From the NCBI RefSeq assembly GCF_009914755.1, contig NC_060936.1: 64,000 nt of DNA. One strand, given 5' to 3'. The stretch comes from the human T2T-CHM13v2.0 reference genome, Homo sapiens. Numbering within the stretch: position 1 is the first letter of the stretch; each line of letters starts with the position of its first letter. Positions 20,291-41,224 of this stretch are shown here, in pieces. A program made the translations under genes and the position numbers. The notes beneath the pieces were generated by a model that searched no databases, was not told where the DNA came from, and saw nothing but the letters and a program-made list of their open reading frames with translations.

Positions 20291-21434
20291 CCTTGTATTA
20301 TTGAACCCTCATCACAACACTGGGAGGGGATTAGCAATATCATCCACGTTTTACAGGGATGAAACAAACTCTGAGGGCTAAGTGTCTTGGCCAAGCTGAC
20401 ATAGTTTGAAACTTGGGCTACTTGACCCAGAACAAGTATACTAGTTTGTTGGGATCTTGGAAATCAATTTTAGTCCAATTTCCTTTCTTTATAAATGCAA
20501 AAAGTGAGACCGAGAGAACTTACTTGTCTGGGGTCATACATTGAATCTGTGACTCAAAAACTTCCACCCGGTTCAGGAAAGGGTAGCCAGGAGGTGCAGG
20601 TCACTTGCGAAGCCAGCCGACTCAGCCCTGTCCCCCAGGGGCAACTGTAGACCATGAGCTCCTTGAGAGGCAAGGACCGTGCCTTAAGAGCCAGCACTTA
20701 AAGAGTGCTTACCAGGCACCAGACACCCTTGTAAGCTCCTTAGTCAATCCTCTCACCCCGTGAGAAAATGACCGTATTATTATTCTTTTTATATAGATGA
20801 GGACACTGGAGTAAAACAAAGTAACTTGTCCAAGATCCCACAGTTAGAAATGATGGTACTAGGATTCGAACCCAGGGAGTTTGGATCCAGAGGATGTGCT
20901 TGCAACGGTGTGTTATTCTCAGCCTTGAGTCTCCTATACTTAACATGGGCCTGGCACAAAGATGCTCAACAAATGTTGTTGAATGAAAACTCAATAGAGA
21001 ATACAATAAGGCCAGATCTGTTTGGGGAAACTTTAAATGGAAGGGAGAAAGGATGCCAACTGAAGCAGACATAGTGGAATGGAGTTGGGCAAGATGTGAC
21101 TCAGAGATTGGAAATAACAGAGCTGATAAGGAGAGGAACTGAAGGGTCAACCTAGGTAGCAGGTTCCAGTCAAAAGCCAGGATGGCCCAGAATATCCGTC
21201 AGGGTCAACCAAGCATCAGCAGAGTTGTGCAGGACCCCCAACCCCACCCCTGCACCTGGCCCACCCATCTTAAAGGGGTATCCTGCTCCATGAGGCTGGC
21301 AGTTCGGTAAACTTCTTATAAGGCACTGGAGCATGACTCCTGCAAACAGTACCATCAGGAGTTAAAATAAGCGCTGTTTTCCTCTCAGTTTTTACTTTAT
21401 ATTTTCTTTTTCTTTTCTCCTTTTTTTGAGATAG

Positions 21435-21590
<156 letters not shown>

Positions 21591-22421
21591 TAGTAGAGAC
21601 GGGGTTTCACTATGTTGGCCAGGCTGGTCTCGAACTCCTGACCTCGTGATCTGCCCACCTCGGCCTCCCAAAGTGTTGGGATTACAGGCGAGAGCCACCA
21701 CGCCCAGCCTTTATATTTTCATCTCTATCTGGCCTGCTGTTTCTCTAGTTTCACTTATTTGAGGACACAAGTTAATAAAAGTCACTCTGGAATTTAGTAA
21801 ACCACAGTATTCTGCACAATTACAGAAAAGGAGAAAAAGCTGCACCGTTTTGACAAATTTTGGTGAGCTGAGCTGAACTTACCTCTTTTTGTCACTAGAT
21901 GAAGCTAGCACAAATAATTAACAATTTTCAAGGAGCTGGAATCACCTTGCTTCCAGGACAGTGAATGGCAAGAACTCCTGACCCTGGGGTTCCTCCAGAA
22001 GCAAAGATAGGCCCTCGTAACATTACTGGTAATCTAAAATGCCTGACAGGTGACCTCATAAAGAGGTGTTTTAATTTGATCCACTCTGGTAACTTTTCTA
22101 ACCTATGACCACTTTTCAGAGCCTGAACAGCACAGGTGTCTTGACAATACTTGACAATACCAGCCCCAGCACCTTAAATAGCTGTAGCAGCACCTAAGAG
22201 CTCGCTCTGCACTTTGGTCAGCCAGGTTTTATGGAGTGAGATGCATATATAATTTCAAGGGAAAGGGGAAGAAGGGGCGCCCTCTTTAAGGAAAAAACTC
22301 CCACCAACTTACAAATATAAAGACAGGTATAAAAGTGAATATTTATTTATAATGAGAAATCACAACAAATTACAAATTTTGAAAAGCTGACTACTAAAAG
22401 CATCACAACAAATTTTCTATA

Positions 22422-22716
22422 GGCTTGGTGTGGTGGCTCACACCTGTAATCCCAGCACTTTGGGAGGCCGAGGCGGGCGGATCACGAGGTCAGGAGATCG
22501 AGACCATCCTGGCTAACACGGTGAAACCCCTCTCTACTAAAAATACAAAAAATTAGCCGGGCGAGGTGGCGGTCGCCTGTAGTCCCAGCTACTCGGGAGG
22601 CTGAGGCAAGAGAATGGCGTGAACCCCAGGGGGCGGAGCCTGCAGTGAGCCGAGATCGTGCCACTGCACTCTAGCCTGGGCGACAGCAAGACTCCGTCTC
22701 AAAAAAAAAAAAAAAA
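22422..22716 (+). mobile_element. AluY-lineage element (AluYe-like)
   Basis: AluY backbone with GGGCGAGGTGG and GAACCCCAGGGGGCGGAGCCTGCAG variants. Confidence 0.7.
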
Positions 22717-23493
22717 TTCTATAATAGTTTGATTGATTAAATGCTAGTCACACTTGAATATTACTTTTTTTCTTACATTTTTGGCTGCATACTCTTTGAT
22801 TGCTTCTTCACATGACAATCACTTGATAATATCATTTTAGAGAGAGACCAGGAAGGTAATTCAGTCTTTTCTTAGCCTGGTGGATCAAATTTGTCTTTTA
22901 TTATTTGTGGCAGTTATAAAAGTTTCTTTCAAGTTCACAAGTTGTTATTGGCAATGTCATGTAAATTTTTTGGTTTGTTATCAAATTGGGGGAGAACTTT
23001 GATTAAATTTCTTTCATTTATTAGCTGGAAGATTTCAGAGCATTTCAAATTTTCTTGTGCAAGAAATAATCTTAGATCTACTCTTCAAATGGACTGTATT
23101 CATTAGCCAATTTGTCGTTGAAAACCTTATTATGAATGATGCATTATAAAATTTTTATCATCTGCATTGATAGCAGTAATTTGTGTCAAGTCAGCAAAGG
23201 AATTTAAACATAGGGATTCTGATAAATTGTGTATTGTACAATTCCCATCAAGAAATAAAAGAATGCATGGTGCATTTATAATTATATATGCTGTGCTATT
23301 GAGTTACTGTGTTATTGCCGACAGGACAAAACTTGTTTTGACTGGTGTTTAATAAGAGACAGAATCTTCTGCTTATGACTGGAATAATTTTCTTCAGACT
23401 AGCTTCTGACTTCATATATTTTCAAACTTTTAGGCCCACATAACTTCGGGTGCCAGGTGCTATTGGACACATTTATATCCTGGTTTGATCTAA

Positions 23494-23805
<312 letters not shown>

Positions 23806-24567
23806 GCTCTTCTACCTACAGGTCACAATAGCAGGTAAGTCAGCTTGCTGGATGAATAAGAGTACTTCTGGAAGGTATTCCTGTGTCTGGGTTGCAGGTG
23901 GTAGCTATGCATGGAAGTGTCGGTATGCCATATGAATAGATACCAAATGGAGTCTATTCCCAACTCAACTTCCCTGTAGCTTTTATTTCCCAAAAATGCC
24001 TGTGGCCACTTCAGTGCCATCTAACACAAGGGAAAATGTGAAGGAGGGGAAGTCAGAGCAGAAATAGACAGCAGCCTTAACCAACTGCAGTTAAAATATC
24101 TCACTTTTTCCAATTTTACAAAAACAAATGACCTGGTAAACACATTGCAAGGGCCTTGGAAAGGTCCTACATGGGAGTGAGGACCTCGAAGCCTGAGGTT
24201 TATTAGCTTCATGGTAAATCTATCTCTGCCCTGCACAGAACGTGTACCCAAGCACAGTTAAAAAGAAGAGGTAGACCTATAATTGGAAATATCCAATTTA
24301 GCAATGACTTGCATGTATCATGGCTTCCACTTCCTCCCACAGGAAGCTTGTACAGCTGACATCCTGGCCCATGGTGCAGCCCATCCTACCCTCCTGTCCC
24401 TCTCTGATCACACCTCAGAGCCTTTGCTCAGCTGCTGCTTGCCTATCTCACTCACTGCTTCCAAGGTAGAGCTTAGGGGGCCTCAGAACTGAGGATGAAG
24501 CAGGAACCTATGTATATGTTTAAAAATTGAATCTGGCCAGGTGCAGTAGCTCACACCTGTAATCCTA

Positions 24568-24814
<247 letters not shown>

Positions 24815-27101
24815 TCAAAAAATATCTATCTATCTATCTATCTATATATATGTTTTCACAGAAACAATGCTCCAACAAGGAACTTGTACCTGAACTTTTG
24901 AAACACAACCCATGTATAAATTGGGAATTTAGTCTTTATTATAGTCGAGAAATTCTACATTTAGTCCTTGTAGAGTTTTAAACCATTTGGAAAGAATAAC
25001 CATAGGATTTATAAATGCAGTGTTATAGCTCATGGCAACCAAGAGTGCCCCTATTCTAAATTCCTCGTTTTCTTTTTTCTTTTTCAATATCCCAGGTCCT
25101 GCTTTGACCTCATTTTCAGATGAAGAAACTGAGACCCAGGAGGTAAAAAAAATTTCTCCAAAGATAGGGCTGAATTATTCAGGGTAGGCTAAGTGCTATA
25201 ACAAGCAATCCCCAAATCTCGGTGACTTACTCATCCAGTATCACGGTTCAATGTGGGTCACTGGGAGAGCGGGAGAGGGCACTCTGTTTCTCAAAGACTT
25301 CATGGGTGCATCTAGAAGCTCTGCCTTTTCTAGGGGACTGAGTCCTCCAGTGAATCCTCTGAAAATCCTCTGAACCTGGCTGCAGATGAGGGAGAAGAGA
25401 GCCTAGAGAATCTCAAGGGAAGATTTGGGGCCAGATCCAGAAGGGGCGTTCCTAACTCTTCCTAACACATTCCATGAGCTGGCCAGAACTCAGTCTCGCA
25501 GTCCACCTGGATGCAAGAATGGTGGGCTAGCAGTGTGTCCAGGAAGAAGACAACACGGGTTTGTGAGAAAGCGAACTAGTTTCTGTCTGGGAAAAACAGG
25601 AGAGGAGAAAGGCAGTGAATATTTGTGAAATATTGACCAGCCAATTGGCACTGGACTTTATACATTATTTCATTTAATCTGGTCTAGACTTTGGGTTCTC
25701 CTTATTCCCGTGATGGTATATATTTTTTTTAACCTCAGTCCCATATGGAAGGTAAAATGGAAACAAGGGTATTTCTCATCCTCCATTTCTCTCCCAAGAT
25801 ACGTTTTAGACCTCAAGGGTCTCATTAAGCCAACAATCTGTCTTCTCTAATTACTGAGAAGAGGATCTTTTGGTGAGGTATTCTCTAGCCTACCCTCCAT
25901 AATCTCAACCATTTTCTTGTCCCCTTTGAAATCCCACAGGTCCTGCAAGTGATTAACAGCTAATCTTGTCAGCTATTTTCAGAATCTCTCCCCTTTCTCT
26001 TCTGACATAAACTATTTTCATTGTATCAATTAGAGTTCTTGGTTGCAAGCAAAAGAAATGGGCTCTGGTTGATAAACAGAAAAGGAATTTGTTGAAAGGG
26101 TATATAAGAATTCACAGATTGTAAAAGAAAAACAGGAGAACTAGGCTTGAAAAGGGCATAAGAGACTTCCAGTTAAGGGTGGTGGATTGAGCCATATGCC
26201 CTTTAGCCCCTTTTTTATTTCTTCCATCCTGCTGCCTGAAACTTGGCTATAATGGTTGCATCTCCAGCAGCCATTTTGTGAGCATGAGGAATCATGGCAG
26301 ACGAAAGCAAATACTAAGGATAGTGGATTAAAACATAGAAGGAACCTGGGTACTGATGACCATGAAGCCATCATACCAGTACTGGACCACCTTCCTCCAG
26401 AAGAACAGACAACAAAAAATGGATTAAGGCACAAGACCACCAGCCTGTGATGGCTCAACCTGTGTTCTTCTGCTTGATTGATGGAGACCCGGAATTCCTT
26501 AGGAATTTGCAATGGCTTTGCACTGAGTTGAAATTATGACTGCAAAACACTGGTTAATATTACAGAAAAACCCCAGACAAAGAAGTAATCAAAGGCTACG
26601 GTCTTTGCAGGAAAAACATAAGTTTTTGCCTGCAATGAAAAGATGAATGGATTATAAACGCTGGCAACAGGCTCACTGAGTGAGAACTATTCAGAACAAT
26701 CATTAATGGAGGTGCTGGCATTAAGAAAATGCTGAGCCCAGGATGTTACTGAGTAGGACAAAGATTTTACATGAAGAGTCCTGGGAATGGAAAGTATTAT
26801 TCTTTTAAATATTTTTTTATTTTTAATTATTATGGATACAGAATAGTCATGTATATTTATGGGGTACATGTGATGTTTTGATTCAGGTATACAGTGTGTA
26901 ATAATCCAATCAGAATAATTGAGATCCATCACTTTATGTGTTTGTCATTTCTTTGTATTAGGAACATCCCAATTTCACTGTTTTAGTTACTTTTGAATAT
27001 ACAATACATTATTGCTAACTACAATCTCCAGATTGTGCCACTGAATACAATATCTTATTTATTCCAGCTAATTGTATTTTTGTACCCATGAAAGTGATAT
27101 T

Positions 27102-27764
<663 letters not shown>

Positions 27765-28479
27765 GTTTTCTTTCATAAACACTTTCTGTTTTCATTTTGC
27801 TTTCCATAAACTGCTCATTTGCTGACAATGACTACGCTAAAGTGAAAAGAACAAAAAGTGATATCTGAAGTATTTTTAAACTCTTAGACCATATTTCTGG
27901 CTGTTCTTTCATTTCTTATGAGAAAAGTTCATTTTGTTTCAGGCATGCATGAATTATCAGCTACTTTTCAGCAACTGACATACTGTGAGATCTAGAGGAC
28001 TTCAGTTAAGTGTTCAGAACCTTAAAGCTAGGAAGAGTTCCATCATTACATACTTTATTCCTTAGGATAAGTTCCTAAGGATGTCCATCTAAGCATTGTT
28101 TATATAACAGGAGAACAAACTGAAAACAACCAAGAAGTTCAACAATAAGGAACTGGTTAGATAAATTATGCTACCCTTTCCACCACGCCTGGCCTTGTAG
28201 CTAGAGTTTTAAAAAGAATTCTTACCTTCTCTAAATAGTCGTTTAAACATTTACTGGTAAAATGATATAATGCTTCAAAAGAATGGGAGAGAGGAAGATG
28301 TATAAGTAAAACAAGATTGGCTATGAGTTGATAAACATCAATCTGAATACAGGGAGAAGAAAGTGTCAAGAAAAGCCCCTGAAATATCAATATTCTTTAA
28401 TACTGCATCCATGAAACAAGCTATAAAAAGAACATTCAAGCCAGGTGATGGTTATATGGGTGTTTGCCATAAATTCTTT

Positions 28480-29420
28480 CAACTTTTCTATGTGTTTGGA
28501 AATTTTCATAACAAAATATTGGAAAAAAAGAACATTTAATGCACAAAAAAAACCCTCTTGAAAATTAACAATATAATAGCAGAAATGAAACACTCCATAG
28601 AACAGTTGGAAAATGAGCTAGAGGCAATCTTCCACAAAGTAGAGCAAAAAAAGCCAAAAGATGGAAAATGGAAAATAGTAGACAAAAGATAAGGTCCAGC
28701 CTAGGAGGTCTCACATAATAGGAGTTCCAGAAAGGGAAAGCAGAGAGAACTATCCAATTATCCATCAAATAACTACTATCCAGGAAATAATTCAGTAAAA
28801 TTTCCTAGAACTGAAGGGCCCATTAAGTGTCAAGTATAATGGATGAAAATAGTTTCACAAATGACAAAACATGGTGAGTTTTCACAACACTGAAGACAGA
28901 GAGGAAATCCTCCTATATGTTTTCAGAAAGATTAAAAATAAACAAAAAGACACATTTCATACAAAGAATCAGGAATCACAACAACAGTGGATCTCTCACC
29001 GGCCACACTGGCAGCTGGAAGGCAACAGAATAATGCCTTGAATGTTCTGGAGGAAAATGATTTCCAATCTTCCCTTCTATACACAGCCAAATGATTAATT
29101 TAGTGTGAAGACAGAATGAAGGCATTTCCAGACATGAAAGAAACCAAACCCATTGTCTTCCATGAGCTCTTTCTCAGGAAGCTACTGGAGAAAATTTTCC
29201 ACCAAAATGAGGTAGAAAAACCAGAAGTGAAAGTGTATGGAACCTAGAAAGCAGGTTTTTAACAGAGGAGAGTTGAAGGAAATCCCTAGGATGGAGATGG
29301 AAGGTTATTGAACAGCAGCAGGGCAGCAGATCTTCAGAGTGACCAATGCAGGCTACAGCAGTCAGAAGATTCCAAGAGAGAAGATGGCATCAACGAGATG
29401 AAACTGATAAAACATTTAAT
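28480..29420 (+). mobile_element. Degenerate HAL1 / L1 ORF1-like fragment
   Basis: A-rich sequence with ataggagttccagaa, tttcctagaactgaag and gaaaatgatttccaa segments typical of L1 ORF1/HAL1 remnants. Confidence 0.5.
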
Positions 29421-29780
29421 GGGCTGGGTGCAGTGGCCCACACCTGTAATCCCAGCACTTTGGGAGGCTGAGATGGGAGGATCACTTGAGGCCAGGAATT
29501 TGAGACCAGCCTGGCCAACATGGCGAAACCAATCTCCACTAAAAACATAAAAATTACCTGGGCCATGGTGGCACCATCTGTAATCCCAGCTACTCAGGAG
29601 GCCGAGGCACAATAATTGAACCCTGGAGGCGGAGGTTGCAGTGAACTGGGATTGCGCCACTGCACTGCAGCCTGGGGGACAGAGTAAGACCCTGTCTCAA
29701 AGAAACAAATCAACAACAACAACAACAACAACAAACCATTTAATGTATCTGAATATATTCAGAGAATATTTGCCCACTTA

Positions 29781-30113
<333 letters not shown>

Positions 30114-31054
30114 TTACTAATAAGGACATAAAAAACTAATCAATTGAACATAGAACTAACAACAATGATCAACTCCCAGAAAAGCAAAATGTTGTGCAAG
30201 AAAGGAAAAGTAATCATTGTATACTACATAGTTCAGTGGTCAACAGGGTTTACAGTCTTGATAATGTAAACATTGAATATTGATCAATCTGCAATCATAG
30301 TTATAACCAAATCAGAAGGACAGGGTAGGAGTGGCGGGAGGTGGGAAGAATATGTGTGTGTGTGTGTATGTGTGTGTGTGCGTGCACGCACGCATGCATG
30401 CCCTTGATTTCCTTCTCTCTGTTTTTAATCCCTTCTGATTTTTTCTCTGACTGACCTTTTGTTTTCTTGTTCAAACTAATGTATTTCCAAGCTTTCTAAT
30501 GCACATATATTAGTTTTATAGTCAGAAAAAAACCAATACAGGTTATTATCCAGAAAAGGTTAGGGACCACATCTCTGCATCCTGTTTCCCTTCTTAACTC
30601 ACCATGGATTTACTTCTGTGAATCTTTCTCAATGTATTTCGAGCCTACTTATGTTTTCGGCACATGCCACTGCTTGGGCATAATGAATTCCACAAGGTCA
30701 CCCTGCTGTGCAAAGTATTTCATAGAATCATAGAATCTTACATTTTTATTTATCATTGTTCAAACCCAAAGGATTCCCTGCACTCAAGAATTATACAAGG
30801 TGTGTTCAGGGCAGTGAGGCTGAGGAAAGGTCTGTGAAGGCAGGTAGTGAATGGAGGACTGGAGTGTTTGGGGTTAGTGGGTGGCAGAGGGGCTGATGAA
30901 GAAACAGGGAAGGAGAGGACTGGGAAGAGGAGATGAAGAACCATCCCCTGCTGTGGACACCAAGGAAGGAGGACAGAACAATTGCGTCCTGCCCCTGCTG
31001 AAAGCCCTCAAAGGCTCCCCGGTGTCCACACAATAAAGTTTGAAGGTCTTAAGT

Positions 31055-31812
<758 letters not shown>

Positions 31813-32604
31813 CTCAGAGGACTCAAAAGCTCCTCTGAGACTGACTTCCTGTCTGTTCCTTCACCTTCCCCTGCACTCCCCACCCCATCCCAACATCTCT
31901 GTTCCAGCCATGCTGAACTACTCACAGTGCCCTGAGTGTGCTGGGTGGGAACTCCGTGTCCTCGCATGTACTGTTCCCTGTGCTTGGAATCTACCCTCCA
32001 CACACAACTCCCACGTTCCTCAAGACCCAGCTCATGGGTGTCCTCTTTTGTGAAGACTTCACCAGCCACTCTCCTTCAAAGAGAGTGAATGTTTTCCTTC
32101 CTCTGTCTACATGAATGTCTGTTGCTGCATTTGTCACACAATACTGCAATGTTTGATTTACCATGAACTCATGGGAAAGAGTGACCACATATAGCCTTTG
32201 TATCCCCTGCATCTGGCACGATGCCGGGCAGCTAAAGGAATGTCACCTTAATGGGTGGAGGCTCTTTATACATAGAGAAGGAACAGGTTTTCAGTAATGT
32301 ACAGTTTTACAAAGGGAAGAAAAAATAATTCGCAGGAAAGGACATCTGATGTCTCAAGTAGGTGATACATGGTGAGTATCACTAATTACCTGTATTCCTT
32401 CCATCATCCTTCCCTCCTTTTTTCATCCTTCCCTCCTTTCCTTTTTCTCTGTTTATTTTTTGAGTTTCTCTTTACAGTATATTTTAATACCCAAGTTATA
32501 GAATTCTTTCAGTGTAGAAAAATTAGTAAACCTAGATAAGCTACAATAAAAGACCTATTCTTACCCAACCTCTGGAGATAATAATTATTACCTTAAAATT
32601 TTTA

Positions 32605-34548
<1,944 letters not shown>

Positions 34549-34649
34549 ACTAACATTTTAATATATATCCATCTAGGGTTTTTTCTATTCATAAGTAAAC
34601 ATAAAATGTGTGTGCATATATATATTTTAATCAACATTAAACAAATTAA

Positions 34650-35132
<483 letters not shown>

Positions 35133-35829
35133 TGATAAGATTCAGGCTTTGCTTCTTCTTTTCTTTCTTTCTTTTTTTCTTTCTTTCTTTCTTTTTTTTT
35201 TTTTTGAAATAGAGTCTCACTCTGTCGCCCAGGCTGGAGTGCAGTGGCATAGACTTGGCTCACTGCAGCCTTCACTGCCTGGGCTCAAGCAATCCTCCTG
35301 CCTTGGCCTCCCAAAGTGCTAGGATTACAGATGTGAGACATCCTGCCAGCCGGCTTTGCATTTTTTTGGCAGAAGTGTTATAAAGTATATTTTTGTCCTT
35401 CTCAGCACATCATATCAGAAAACACATAGTGTCAATTTGTGCCATTATTTGTGATTCATGATTAAGTTGGAACCTAACAGTTTTCTCTAATGTAGTGTTA
35501 TCATTTTTTCCTTTGTAACTTTTTTTTTAGACAGGGTCTCGCTCTGCCCAGGCTGGAGTGCAGTGGTATGATCTCGGCTCTCTGCAACCTCTGCCTCCTA
35601 GGCTCCAATAATCCTCCCACCTCAGCCTCCCAAGTAGCTAGGACTATAGGCATGTGCTACTCAGCTAATTTGTGTATTTCTAATAGAGACAGAGTTTCAC
35701 CATGTTGCATAGACTGGTCTTGAATTCCTGGACTCAAGCGATCCACCCACTTCAGTCTTCCAAAGTGCTGGGATTACAGGTGTAAGCCACTGTGCCAGAC
35801 CTCTCCTTTGTAATTTAAAAGTAATCTGT

Positions 35830-37221
<1,392 letters not shown>

Positions 37222-39019
37222 CCTCTCCCTCTCCCTCTCCCTCTCCCCACGGTCTCCCTCTCCCTCTCTTTCCACGGTCTCCCTCTGATGCCGAGCAGAA
37301 GCTGGACTGTACTGCTGCCATCTCGGCTCACTGCAACCTCCCTGCCTGATTCTCCTGCCTCAGCCTGCCCAGTGCCCGCGATTGCACGCGCCGCCACACC
37401 TGACTGGTTTTCGTATTTTTTTGGTGGAGACGGGGTTTCGCTGTGTTGGCCGGGCTGGTCTCCAGCTCCTAACCGCGAGTGATCTGCCAGCCTCAGCCTC
37501 CCGAGGTGCCAGGATTGCAGACGGAGTCTGGTTCACTCAGTGCTCAATGGTGCCCAGGCTGGAGTGCAGTGGCGTGATCTCGGCTCGCTACAACCTCCAC
37601 CTCCCAGCCGCCTGCCTTGGCCTCCCAAAGTGCCGAGAGTGCAGCCTCTGCCTGGCCGCCACCCCGTCTGGGAAGTGAGGAGCGTCTCTGCCTGGCCGCC
37701 CATCGTCTGGGACATGAGGAGCCCCTCTGCCTGGCTGCCCAGTCTGGAAAGTGAGGAGCGTCTCTGCCCGGCCGCCATCCCATCTAGGAAGTGAGGAGCG
37801 CCTCTTCCCGGCCGCCATCCCATCTAGGAAGTGAGGAGCGTCTCTGCCCGGCCGCCCATCGTCTGAGATGTGGGGAGCGCCTCTGCCCCGCCGCCTCATC
37901 TGGGATGTGAGGAGCGCCTCTGCCCGGCCGCGACCCCGTCTGGGAGGTGAGGAGCGTCTCTGCCCAGCCGCCCCGTCTGAGAAGTGAGGAGACCCCCCGC
38001 CTGGCAACCACCCCGTCTGAGAAGTGAGGAGCCCCTCCGCCCGGCAGCCACCCCATCTGAGAAGTGAGGAGCCCCTCCGCCCGGCAGCCACCCCGTCTGG
38101 GAAGGGAGGAGCGTCTCCGCCCGGCAGCCGCCCCGTCCGGGAGGGAGGTGGGGGGGTCAGCCCCCCGCCCAGCCAGCCGCCCCGACCGGGAGGAAGGTGG
38201 GGGGCCAGCCCCCCCACCCGGCTGGCCGCCCCATCCGGGAGGTGAGGGGCGCCTCTGCCCGGCCGCCCCTACTGGGAGGTGGGGAGCCCCTCTGCCCGGC
38301 CAGCCGCCCCGTCCGGGAGGGAGGTGGGGAGGTCAGCCCCCCGCCCGGCCAGCCGCCCCGTCCGGGAGGGAGGTGGGGGTCAGCCCCCCGCCCAGCCAGC
38401 CGCCCCATCCGGCAGGTGAGGGGCGCCTCTGCCCGGCCGCCCCTACTGGGAAGTGAGGAGCCCCTCTGCCCGGCCACCACCCCGTCTGGGAGGTGTACCC
38501 AACAGCTCATTGAGAACGGGCCATGATGACAATGGCGGTTTTGTGGAATAGAAAGGGGGGAAAGGTGGGGAAAAGATTGAGAAATCGGATGGTTTCCGTG
38601 TTTGTGTAGAAAGAAGTAACATGGGAGACTTTTCATTTTGTTCTGTACTAAGAAAAATTCTTCTGCCTTGGGATCCTGTTGATCTGTGACCTTACCCCCA
38701 ACCCTGTGCTCTCTGAAACATGTGCTGTGTCCACTCAGGGTTAAATGGATTAAGGGCAGTGCAAGATGTGCTTTGTTAAACAGATGTTTGAAGGCAGCAT
38801 GCTCGTTAAGAGTCATCACCACTCCCTAATCTCAAGTACCCAGGGACACAAACACTGTGGAAGGCCGCAGGGTCCTCTGCCTAGGAAAACCACAGACCTT
38901 TGTTCACTTATTTATCTGCTGACCTTCCCTCCACTATTGTCCTATGACCCTGCCAAATCCCCCTCTGCGAGAAACACCCAAGAATGATCAATTAAAAAAA
39001 TAAATAAATAAATAAATAA
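37222..39019 (+). mobile_element. Full-length SVA retrotransposon (probably SVA_C/D-like)
   Basis: (CCCTCT)n head, Alu-like domain (~37285-37650), GC-rich VNTR (~37650-38495), SINE-R (~38496-38990), A-rich tail. Apparent TSD aataaagc at 37214-37221 and 39020-39027. Confidence 0.97.
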
Positions 39020-39137
39020 AATAAAGCTGTTTAAACACAAAGAAAGGCCGGGCACGGTGGCTCATGCCTGTAATCCCAGCACTTTGGGAGGCCGAGGCAG
39101 ATGGATCACCTGAGGTCAGGAGTTTGATACCAGTCTA

Positions 39138-39398
<261 letters not shown>

Positions 39399-39678
39399 TC
39401 AATATTCTGTTCCCTATCAAACTTGCACCTAAGAGTTTTAGCATCCATTGATGATTCTTGACTGAATCATTACTGTATTGCAAAATGGTGATTTTTCTAT
39501 CATTACTTCTTCATCTACTAGTTGGCATTTTACTATAAGGAAGAGCCATCAAAGATATTTTTAAAAATAAAAAATGGGATTATACTCAATATTAATGCTT
39601 CATAATTTGCTTTCTAATTTAATATTATTCAGTACTGTGATTCTGTATGTAAATATTTACCCATGTCCTCATTTTTAG

Positions 39679-39989
<311 letters not shown>

Positions 39990-40117
39990 TGAATCTTATT
40001 GGAGGATTATTCCATTAGACAAAAATCACACTGATAAGTCTCTTTAAGACAAGGCCTTCTCTATCTTGGGTACCCAGTGAGGCTGCAGAGGAATAATATC
40101 CTTAAGATCCTTAGAAG

Positions 40118-40562
40118 GTCTTTCTCTTCCTGCCATCTTGAATCCTGTGGAGGCCTGCTGGGAGCAGGACTTCTAAAAGGAAATATGTCTGGAAGGCTGT
40201 GGTCCAAGGCCATTTTTGCTGACTATAAGCACAGTCTCTGGAATCAAAGGGAGCACACAGCAGTTCTTAAAATTGAAGGTGGTTTATGCCCGAGATGAAA
40301 CAGAATTCTATTTGGGCAAGAGATGTGCTTATGTATACAAAGCAAAGGACACCACAGTGACTCCTGGTAGCAAACCAAACAAAACCAGAGTAGTCTGGGG
40401 AAAGGTAACTAGGGCCCACGGAAACAGTGGCAAGGTTCGTGCCAAATTCCGAAACAATCTTCCTGCTAAGCCCACTGGACACAGAATCTGAGTGATGCTG
40501 TACCCCTCAAGGGTTTCAACTAATGAAAAGTCAACAAATAAAAGTGGATTTGTTGGGGGGAA
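40118..40562 (+). pseudogene. Processed pseudogene of ribosomal protein L35a (RPL35A)
   Basis: Intronless. ATG 40185 [12 protein letters not shown]...LKIEG, +1 frameshift at ~40281, then [22 protein letters not shown]...HRI, premature TGA at 40489-40491. 5' pyrimidine tract and AATAAA present. 14-bp TSD aagatccttagaag at 40104-40117 and 40563-40576. Confidence 0.97.
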
Positions 40563-41224
40563 AAGATCCTTAGAAGTCCGATTGTTTAACAGAGTGGGTC
40601 TGCAACAAATGCCTGTGGGATCCTTAGGAGTACTTCTGCCTGTCTGAAGGATTGAGGCACCCGCTTAGATCTTTCTGATGCTTAATGACTGCTTTCACAG
40701 TCATAGCTTTGACTTCATCTTTACCCAGAGACTGTGTGTTCCTGACAGTGCTCTGGAGTTGATCTTTGCCCCAAGGCTTTTTTATTACTTTGACAATTCT
40801 TCCTTGGCTGGAAAGATTATCCTGGGCTTTTTATATCTCCTCCAAATTCTGCTTAAAAAACAGAATAATTCTTTCTTTAGCTTTTTTCTCACTATCTGTA
40901 TCTTAGGATGCAAGGCTCAAATAAGCCAAACACACTTTCAACACTGCCTGAAAATCCTAGCCAGAGTCATCAGTTAATTAGACCTTTTTTATCTTTCACA
41001 TTAGCACAGATGAAAGTTTCACTCAACTGTCCACCACTATATCAGAGTCTCTGTTCCTCCAGATTCCAGTAATGTTTCGCTCAACTTTCCCTGGAGCCTT
41101 CGCCCGCAGTCTCCTCAAGGCCCTGCCAGCTTTCACGCACGGTCTCACTGAGGGTGTCAGGCGCCTCCCACACACGTTAGGTTCTGCTACGGCAGTGCCT
41201 CACTTCCAGGTACCAAATCCTGTT

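Noticed and set aside
40077-40491. RPL35A-like ORFs as a functional gene
   Set aside because: Frameshift, premature stop, no introns and TSDs mark it as a processed pseudogene.
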